Positions 17,175 to 22,457 of a stretch of 24,330 nt of DNA are shown here, one piece after another. The notes under the pieces are model-generated. The model was not told the origin of the DNA and ran no database searches. It saw only the letters and a list, made by a program, of their open reading frames with translations. The DNA comes from a virus (Duplodnaviria > Caudoviricetes). The DNA is taken from positions 1 through 24,330 of IMG/VR virus record IMGVR_UViG_3300033076_000076. The stretch is one strand, 5' to 3'. Position 1 is the first letter of the stretch. Each line of letters starts with the position of its first letter. A program made the translations under genes and the position numbers.

Positions 17175-17689
17175 GAACCAGTGAAAAGGGCATTGCCCTG
17201 ATGCACGAGTTTGAAGGGTACAGAAATAAGCCCTACTTATGCTCCGCTTCGATGTGGACAGTAGGTTGGGGCCATGTTTTGTACCAAGATCAAATCAAGC
17301 TGCCGCCTTTGCCAAAAGAAGGCTACACAGGCCCACTTCGCAAAGACTATCCTTTAAAGCCAGAGGACAACAGGACATGGAGCAAAGATGAATTGGTTAC
17401 GATTTTTAAGAATGACCTCGTATCTTTTGAACGTGGTGTTCTTAGACTTGCTCCCAATCTTGCTGGTCGTCAAGGTGCTTTCGACGCTTGCGTTGCATTT
17501 TCCTTCAATGCAGGATTGGGGAATTTTCAGCGGTCTACTATTCGGATGAAGATTAACCGTGAGGAATGGGATGATGCTGCGGAAGCATTTAAGCAATGGA
17601 CAAAAGGCGGTGGCAAAGTTTTGCCTGGCCTTGTTCGTCGTCGCAATGCAGAAATAGCATTGTTCAAAACTTCTTTTGAAGAAGATTAG
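17171..17689 (+). CDS. endolysin, GH24 phage lysozyme
   Basis: Catalytic E-x8-C-x5-T (FEGYRNKPYLCSASMWTVGWGH), FDA..FSFNAGLGNF, and LPGLVRRRNAE. Confidence 0.95.
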   Translation: MRTSEKGIALMHEFEGYRNKPYLCSASMWTVGWGHVLYQDQIKLPPLPKEGYTGPLRKDYPLKPEDNRTWSKDELVTIFKNDLVSFERGVLRLAPNLAGRQGAFDACVAFSFNAGLGNFQRSTIRMKINREEWDDAAEAFKQWTKGGGKVLPGLVRRRNAEIALFKTSFEED

Positions 17690-17799
17690 TCCTTGCTGGC
17701 TAACAAAGCCGCAACAAACAGGAACACGGACAGCCAAAGAACTGCGCCAAGAAACAAAATGGCGCAGATCATGGACACATTGGCAATTGCTTCAGTCAT
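17686..17799 (-). CDS. 37-aa membrane peptide
   Basis: Hand-translated MTEAIANVSMICAILFLGAVLWLSVFLFVAALLASKD. Start overlaps the end of the upstream gene; stop overlaps the lysozyme stop. Confidence 0.65.
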   Translation of the reverse strand: MTEAIANVSMICAILFLGAVLWLSVFLFVAALLASKD

Positions 17800-17986
17800 T
17801 TAAGCCCCTTATTAGGCTGGCTGCTTCGTGTTGCTTCTTGGAGTCAAGGTAAGACGCAAAACGCTCTTGTGCGTCTAATTCAACGCCTTTTACAAGGTCT
17901 TTTAGCTTCTTCATTGGCACAGCGGCCCATTCAACATGAGTTCCGTAAATGCTGCCAGCCAGCTTCAAAATATCATCGTGTTTCAT
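17792..17986 (-). CDS. hypothetical early protein
   Basis: 64 aa, overlaps both neighbours in the packed operon. Confidence 0.6.
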   Translation of the reverse strand: MKHDDILKLAGSIYGTHVEWAAVPMKKLKDLVKGVELDAQERFASYLDSKKQHEAASLIRGLND

Positions 17987-18197
17987 CTAGTTCTGCAATT
18001 GCTCTGCGGCAATACACTGCCGCATCTAAAAGTTCTTCGTATTGGTGTTGTAACCAAGCCTTGAGCATAAGAGGATTGTCAGCCACAGAAATGCCGTATT
18101 TGTTCATTCCTGTGGCCTGACGTTTGGCTATGTCAGCACAAACCAAAGCCTCAATGCCATGAGGTTCAGGATTGTTTGACAAAGATGCCTTGCTCAT
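17973..18197 (-). CDS. small all-alpha protein, possibly NTP pyrophosphatase-related
   Basis: RQ..G..KYG...WLQH.YEELLDAAVY pattern with an acidic EExxD helix. Start uncertain. Confidence 0.55.
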   Translation of the reverse strand: MSKASLSNNPEPHGIEALVCADIAKRQATGMNKYGISVADNPLMLKAWLQHQYEELLDAAVYCRRAIAELDETR

Positions 18198-18471
18198 TCA
18201 TGTAGCCTTTTCGGTCTTTGATCTGCTGATAAGCGGCGGCAAGGCAATCTGTCAGATTTACATCCATCAAAGCGCAAACGTTAATCAAGCAAACCACAGT
18301 GTCACCAACAGCGTCAATGGCATCCTCACGCTTGTTTTCACGCAAAGCATCAACCAGTTCGTTGATTTCCTCAACTGCCTTCATTGCTTGGGCAAATGGT
18401 GTGCTGTTTGGAATGATGCGACGAGCTTCCGACCAACGGAGAACATCTAGCTCATGGTTTGCGAATGACAT
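18166..18471 (-). CDS. mazG: MazG-like nucleotide pyrophosphohydrolase
   Basis: K..EEINEL...DAVGD...CL..AY..IKDRKG....G.FVK. Start ATG 18471 with SD AAGGA. Confidence 0.85.
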   Translation of the reverse strand: MSFANHELDVLRWSEARRIIPNSTPFAQAMKAVEEINELVDALRENKREDAIDAVGDTVVCLINVCALMDVNLTDCLAAAYQQIKDRKGYMNEQGIFVKQS

Positions 18472-18625
18472 TTTTTTCCTTATAAAAATCAATGTTGTTT
18501 ATTTTTTGTCTTTTGACCCAAGCCTCAAAGTTTATGTCAGTTTCATGCCGTTGCCTTTTTCGTTCATAAACTCTTGCACTTTTTGGGGGCCAAGGAGCAC
18601 CTGGCACAAGTACTGTTTTAATCAT
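18452..18625 (-). CDS. 57-aa basic hypothetical protein
   Basis: Hand-translated MIKTVLVPGAPWPPKSARVYERKRQRHETDINFEAWVKRQKINNIDFYKEKNVIRKP. SD GAGGT; fills the gap in the operon. Confidence 0.6.
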   Translation of the reverse strand: MIKTVLVPGAPWPPKSARVYERKRQRHETDINFEAWVKRQKINNIDFYKEKNVIRKP

Positions 18626-18815
18626 ACGACCTCAACTTAATGGATAGCGCAACGCCATATACAAGACCAGTGGAAACCATAAAGCCTCGCATCTCAAATG
18701 ACCACACCTCTGGATTCCATGACCAACTCATAAAACTGCCAAGAAGGTAAGCGCAAAACAGACAAACAGCAAACGGATTGATTGCCAAAAGAATTGTGCA
18801 AAGATAGTGTTTCAT
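18618..18815 (-). CDS. two-TM membrane protein
   Basis: Start ATG 18815 (ATGA overlap); two hydrophobic segments around SWSWNPEVW. Confidence 0.65.
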   Translation of the reverse strand: MKHYLCTILLAINPFAVCLFCAYLLGSFMSWSWNPEVWSFEMRGFMVSTGLVYGVALSIKLRSYD

Positions 18816-18892
18816 TCCCAAAACATCCAATCAAAGATTATTGCCGCAACGCAAAAACAGAAGATGATTAACCAATCGTTTGCTGTAATCAT
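18812..18892 (-). CDS. 26-aa membrane peptide
   Basis: Hand-translated MITANDWLIIFCFCVAAIIFDWMFWE, with ATGA overlaps at both ends. Confidence 0.6.
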   Translation of the reverse strand: MITANDWLIIFCFCVAAIIFDWMFWE

Positions 18893-19152
18893 TTCATTCC
18901 CCTTGTCTCAAACAATCCTTTGTGTTCTGGATGAACTTTCATAAACAAACGAGCCAAATGAGGCGTAGCGTGGTCGTTGATCTTCCACAAACTACCTTCT
19001 TCTGCAATTGCTGTGTGGTGGCGCAGGAACTCAACAATTGTTCTTGCTGAGTAATGCTTGAATCCCCTTTTAGAGACAAGCAACGCCTGTTTTTCAAATG
19101 CTTCCCAAATGTGATGGTTGTCCTCTAACCAATCAAAAAAATCAAATTTCAT
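18889..19152 (-). CDS. conserved phage hypothetical protein
   Basis: 87 aa, F...A......G.KHYSA..I.E.LR...KIND...P.LARLF...HP...GLFETR pattern. SD GAGGAG. Confidence 0.75.
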   Translation of the reverse strand: MKFDFFDWLEDNHHIWEAFEKQALLVSKRGFKHYSARTIVEFLRHHTAIAEEGSLWKINDHATPHLARLFMKVHPEHKGLFETRGMK

Positions 19153-19181
19153 CTCAATTACTCCTCAAATCGTCTAAAAGT

Positions 19182-19281
19182 AGGCTACTCGCTGCACTGA
19201 ACTGCTGTTTATCCCCGACATGGCTCCGACAGCAGAACGGACTTTTTGCGGGATCTTCAAACTCAGCATCCGCTTTCGCCT
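19182..19281 (-). ncRNA. candidate structured RNA with loop-E (sarcin/ricin-type) internal loop
   Basis: Only long gap in the early operon. Folds as AGGC-GAAA-GC-GGA-UGC-UGA ... UCA-GU-GCA-GC-GAGUA-GCCU around a 7-bp CUGCUGU/ACAGCAG hairpin. Confidence 0.55.
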
Positions 19282-19287
19282 GTTCAA

Positions 19288-19503
19288 TTATGCAACTACT
19301 TTGCGTGGTCTGCCACGTTTGCCTTTAACTTTTACAGGGTGTTTGCGTGGGCGACCTACTTTGCGTGGCTCTGGCAGGATTTCCTTAATTGCTCGATCAG
19401 TCAAAGAGTTAAGGAACTCGTTAAGCTGGCGCAAGTTAGGAGCATCGGCAGCAGCCAAAGTAACTGTCACGCCATTGTGGGTTACAGATAGCTCAAACTG
19501 CAT
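19288..19503 (-). CDS. double AT-hook DNA-binding protein
   Basis: Start ATG 19503 (SD GGAG), 71 aa, RKVGRPRK and KRGRPRK motifs. Confidence 0.75.
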   Translation of the reverse strand: MQFELSVTHNGVTVTLAAADAPNLRQLNEFLNSLTDRAIKEILPEPRKVGRPRKHPVKVKGKRGRPRKVVA

Positions 19504-19504
19504 C

Positions 19505-19633
19505 TTAGACTCCACAACCGCAAAGCATCTTGCCACCATAGCCAGGCACACAGCGGTAAGGTTGGAATTGTGGGCATGATGCGCTGGCGTATGTAGCGAC
19601 CAACAACAAACAGATTGCGATTACTTTTTTCAT
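19505..19633 (-). CDS. secreted cysteine-rich micropeptide (42-aa precursor)
   Basis: Hand-translated MKKVIAICLLLVATYASA-SCPQFQPYRCVPGYGGKMLCGCGV. SD GGAG 6 nt before ATG; classic Sec signal with A-S-A cleavage site. Confidence 0.8.
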   Translation of the reverse strand: MKKVIAICLLLVATYASASCPQFQPYRCVPGYGGKMLCGCGV

Positions 19634-19645
19634 GTGGTTCTCCAG

Positions 19646-19906
19646 TTAGAAAGGAATGTCGTCAGACGTTTGGTTAAATTCGTCACGCTGTTGTTTTGGC
19701 GCAACATCTTCACGAGGTTTGGGTGTGTTCAAATACGCCCACCCACTCCAGCCGCCTTCCATTACTGGAACAGCGTCTAGCTTTAGCATTGGGCCATTCT
19801 TTGTTTCAATGACAGAGCCAATGCGTTCATAACGGCCTTTTTCGTTGCCATCTTTGTCCGTGTAGGAGCCAGATCGGACTTTCACTTCGTACATCAATTT
19901 AGACAT
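19646..19906 (-). CDS. ssb: small single-stranded DNA-binding protein
   Basis: Acidic C-terminal DDIPF tail, YTDKDG.EK.RY..IG motif, adjacent to the exonuclease and annealase. Confidence 0.7.
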   Translation of the reverse strand: MSKLMYEVKVRSGSYTDKDGNEKGRYERIGSVIETKNGPMLKLDAVPVMEGGWSGWAYLNTPKPREDVAPKQQRDEFNQTSDDIPF

Positions 19907-20519
19907 TTTTTGCTTTCAAGTTGTTAAGTTTTTCAATTCGTTCATCAAGCTCCCCAAGAAACTTGTTAACTTCGGCTTCCAACTCCAAAATATATTTGTC
20001 GTCACGCTCAATGCGTGTAACAAACAACTGGAGTCCTTCGGGCGCTCTTGGGTCAAACGACACAAAATCCACCCAAAGACGATTTGCACAAGCCATTTGC
20101 CATTGGACTTGCGGCATATATTTATTTGGCATCTTGCCTGTCAACAGCGTGTCAAAGTGAGTTGCTGTGTTTGGGCATTTGATTTCCAACATTCCGTCAA
20201 TGCTGACCAAACCATCTGGAGAGGCGGCGCACATGGGAAGGAACGGATGCTCAATGATGCCTACCTCATCCACCAAAACGTCTTTAAACGCCTCGTAAGC
20301 GGCTCTGGCAAGTGGTTCTGTGGCTGTTCCCCATTCCATCGCCGCATTGGTAAATGAATCAGCTTTTTGGCCTGTCATGCGTTCGCAGATCAGCTGCGCC
20401 ATGTAGTTTTCACGGCTGGCGCTGTAACCTGTTTTAGTCTTGGCAATAACGTCAGCAACTTTGCTTGCTGTCACTTTGCCCAAACGTGCTGCAAACCATT
20501 CTTCGCTACGTTGTTCCAT
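19899..20519 (-). CDS. YqaJ/lambda-type exonuclease
   Basis: QRSEEWFAARLGKVTAS, M.WG...E, ASPDG, LEIKCP and Y..QVQWQM motifs. Confidence 0.95.
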   Translation of the reverse strand: MEQRSEEWFAARLGKVTASKVADVIAKTKTGYSASRENYMAQLICERMTGQKADSFTNAAMEWGTATEPLARAAYEAFKDVLVDEVGIIEHPFLPMCAASPDGLVSIDGMLEIKCPNTATHFDTLLTGKMPNKYMPQVQWQMACANRLWVDFVSFDPRAPEGLQLFVTRIERDDKYILELEAEVNKFLGELDERIEKLNNLKAKNV

Positions 20520-21121
20520 TACAGACTCGCTTTCTTTGCATCTTTAGCTGCAATTACCATTTCTTTAAGTGCTTTTTCGCCATTTGTTGCGTTCAATGCT
20601 TTGATGTAAGCTGTTTTAAGTTCATCAACATTTGTTGACGCTTCAATCTCATTTAGATATTCGCTCATGTCAATAGGTTCGGATTCTGGCAAATCTTCAC
20701 CAGAGTAAATGTAAAGACCAAGACCAAACATTGCCAAGTTTTTAACCAAACAACGCATAAGAGTCTTGTTTACATCAAACATTGTGAAAGCATCAACTTT
20801 TTTGTCAACCAATTGTTTGGTTTTGAAATCACGCACTGTGTATGTGTATGGTTCAGAACGCATAGCTTTGTTTTTACCATCCATAACTGGCAACCACATT
20901 TCATGTGTTTCTCCATTTGCAGTTACTTTTGTGTAAACCATTGCTCCAGCATTTGTTTCAAAGTATGGCAAACCATTGTTTTTTACAACTTCATAAGTTG
21001 CATCTGGACAATGTTGTTTGAATGTGTCCCAAGCCCATGCCCAAGAAAGATACGTCAATCCATCTTTTTTTTCTGTATGTTCATTGACGTTTAATTTGCG
21101 GAGTTCATTAAATTTTGACAT
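20519..21121 (-). CDS. sak: Sak (Rad52-like, DUF1071) single-strand annealing protein
   Basis: EKKDGLTYLSWAWAW, LPVMD.KN, and NKTLMRCLVKNLAMFGLGLYIYSGEDLP. Start ATG 21121. Confidence 0.9.
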   Translation of the reverse strand: MSKFNELRKLNVNEHTEKKDGLTYLSWAWAWDTFKQHCPDATYEVVKNNGLPYFETNAGAMVYTKVTANGETHEMWLPVMDGKNKAMRSEPYTYTVRDFKTKQLVDKKVDAFTMFDVNKTLMRCLVKNLAMFGLGLYIYSGEDLPESEPIDMSEYLNEIEASTNVDELKTAYIKALNATNGEKALKEMVIAAKDAKKASL

Positions 21122-21122
21122 T

Positions 21123-21317
21123 TCAAGCTCCAAAAACCAACATAGCCACAATAAAGCCAGACGCAAAAGCGTAGGCAATGTTCAAATACTTTTCGTAATC
21201 TGTTGTGTGGTGTTCCATCCAGTTACCTTGTTGAAGTTGTTGTTGGCGTGTTACGTTGTCCATTTCAAAAGCCTCATCTAGTGTTCGTGGGAATTTGCGT
21301 GTAGTCCAGTTGTGCAT
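21123..21317 (-). CDS. small protein with C-terminal TM helix
   Basis: Start ATG 21317 (SD GGAG); TRKFPRTLDEAF motif; hydrophobic C-terminus. Confidence 0.7.
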   Translation of the reverse strand: MHNWTTRKFPRTLDEAFEMDNVTRQQQLQQGNWMEHHTTDYEKYLNIAYAFASGFIVAMLVFGA

Positions 21318-21319
21318 GA

Positions 21320-21562
21320 TTACTCCAATCCTGCGGCGCTCAAGGCCATTGAAAGATTCCACTCATTGCGTTCTTTGCGGCAATGCAGTTCATATTCACG
21401 CTCAAGAGCTTTGATGGTTGTGTCGGAAAGTAGGTTGACGATTTCTTTGCCTTCAACGTAAACAAACCACAAACTCATTGTGTAGTCGTCAAAGTAGCAC
21501 TCCAACGTTGCGTCAGAGTCATAAGAGTCATTAGCTGTGTAGTGTGTCAGATCAGTGTGCAT
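21320..21562 (-). CDS. acidic hypothetical early protein
   Basis: Start ATG 21562 with SD AGGA; D/E/Y-rich. Confidence 0.7.
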   Translation of the reverse strand: MHTDLTHYTANDSYDSDATLECYFDDYTMSLWFVYVEGKEIVNLLSDTTIKALEREYELHCRKERNEWNLSMALSAAGLE

Positions 21563-21573
21563 GATGGTTCCTA

Positions 21574-21783
21574 TCAAACTGCCTTGAGTATGTAAACGTT
21601 GTTAACTTCTACAAGACGATTTGTGCCAAAAACTCCATGCACACGCTCAACTGCTAACCAAGAAATGTTTGAAGAACTAATTGTGCGAAATCCTTTACGA
21701 AAGCTATGATGGAAAAACTTTCTATTAGCCCAATCAAAATATGCACCGTTTTCTAACAATTCAATCATTTTGTCTTTGTTCAT
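21574..21783 (-). CDS. first gene of the early-left operon, AT-rich hypothetical
   Basis: 69 aa, SD AAGGA, no HTH motif. Confidence 0.65.
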   Translation of the reverse strand: MNKDKMIELLENGAYFDWANRKFFHHSFRKGFRTISSSNISWLAVERVHGVFGTNRLVEVNNVYILKAV

Positions 21784-21830
21784 GATGGTTCCTTAAAAGA
21801 CCGCTTACGATTTGTTGCGGCATGGAAAAA

Positions 21831-21860
21831 ATTATAAGCGACCTTATCAATGCTTTGCAA
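21831..21860 (-). promoter_or_regulatory. leftward sigma70 promoter (PL-like)
   Basis: Minus strand reads TTGCAA-N18-TATAAT, followed by a CCGC/GCGG leader hairpin (21801-21820). Confidence 0.7.
21834..21847. promoter_or_regulatory. operator-like palindrome 1
   Basis: ATAAG-CGAC-CTTAT, a perfect inverted repeat overlapping the leftward -10/spacer. Confidence 0.6.
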
Positions 21861-21898
21861 GCCTATGCAAAAAAATTTTTTAAAGTGTTGTTTTTTTG

Positions 21899-21913
21899 TA
21901 TAATCTAGCTTAT
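21899..21913 (+). promoter_or_regulatory. rightward -10 box and operator-like palindrome 2
   Basis: TATAAT at 21899-21904, 7 nt before the cro ATG. ATAAT-CTAG-CTTAT at 21900-21913 has one half-site mismatch to operator 1. No clear -35. Confidence 0.6.
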
Positions 21914-22064
21914 GACCAAAGAACATTTTATAAAGCTGGCTGGCTCACAGCGTGAGCTTGCAAAGCTGTTAGGTATCAGCCAAGCGGCTGTGGCTCAGTG
22001 GAAAGAAGTGCCACAAGCTAGGCTTTGGCAGTTGAAAATTCTCAAACCAAGGTGGTTCAAATGA
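21912..22064 (+). CDS. cro: Cro-like HTH regulator (leaderless)
   Basis: Hand-translated MTKEHFIKLAGSQRELAKLLGISQAAVAQWKEVPQARLWQLKILKPRWFK. Classic Cro/YdaS-type HTH; absent from the ORF track. Confidence 0.88.
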   Translation: MTKEHFIKLAGSQRELAKLLGISQAAVAQWKEVPQARLWQLKILKPRWFK

Positions 22065-22225
22065 CATACATCACAGATGTGCCAGAAGGCTACGAATACG
22101 CAGCCATGACACTGACCAACAACAATGAGGTTGTCCTGGTTCACGAATCATTGCAACCAATGATCTATGACGAGTCAGTTATGACTTGGGTTCAAATGAA
22201 TGTATCGGGAGCATCTCATGGGTGA
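22061..22225 (+). CDS. 54-aa acidic hypothetical protein
   Basis: ATGA-coupled to cro (MTYITDVPEGYEY...). Confidence 0.6.
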   Translation: MTYITDVPEGYEYAAMTLTNNNEVVLVHESLQPMIYDESVMTWVQMNVSGASHG

Positions 22226-22352
22226 CGGTGGTAAAGGTTCAGGCCGCAGGAACGAGGACAGCGGTAAAGTCCGAGACAATTGGGACAAGATTGATTGGGG
22301 CAAGAAGGATGATGCTAAAAAGCAACAGCCTGAGCAACCAAAGAAGCTATAA
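22218..22352 (+). CDS. 44-aa conserved small phage protein (GKGS..R...NWD.I motif)
   Basis: Hand-translated MGDGGKGSGRRNEDSGKVRDNWDKIDWGKKDDAKKQQPEQPKKL. SD GGAG. Confidence 0.7.
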   Translation: MGDGGKGSGRRNEDSGKVRDNWDKIDWGKKDDAKKQQPEQPKKL

Positions 22353-22358
22353 TGTTTT

Positions 22359-22449
22359 GAAACACGGCTAGGTCTGAAGTCATGAGCAGACCGAAAAGGG
22401 TTACACCTTCCCCTGCCGCTTGTTTCTTTCAAAGGTGGTGGAAAAAGGT
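22359..22449 (+). ncRNA. candidate cis-regulatory three-way-junction RNA in the replication initiator leader
   Basis: P1 GAAACA-CGGC/GCCG-TGTTTC, P2 GGTCTG/CAGACC, P3 AGGG/CCCT. The P3 loop CACCTT is complementary to downstream AAGGTG and the SD-like AAGGT. TATAAT lies at 22348-22353. Confidence 0.6.
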
Positions 22450-22457
22450 AAAACTCA

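Noticed and set aside
19207-19217. GTTTATCCCCG matches part of the E. coli type I-E CRISPR repeat (possible solitary repeat/RNA anti-CRISPR)
   Set aside because: Only 11 nt match, the partner arm of the repeat hairpin is missing, and there is no array.
19504-19551. N-terminal extension MCLAMVARCF... given by the ORF track for the AT-hook gene
   Set aside because: That stretch is better explained by the secreted-peptide gene in another frame; ATG 19503 has its own SD.
21801-21820. CCGC/GCGG hairpin as a terminator or nut boxB
   Set aside because: Short stem and no boxA seen; it lies at the predicted 5' end of the leftward transcript, so a leader hairpin is the simpler reading.
22365-22418. 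Hammerhead ribozyme reading of the three-way junction (CTGA and GAAA present)
   Set aside because: The CUGAnGA core is not in the junction; CTGA is part of stem P2 and there is no NUH site in the right place.
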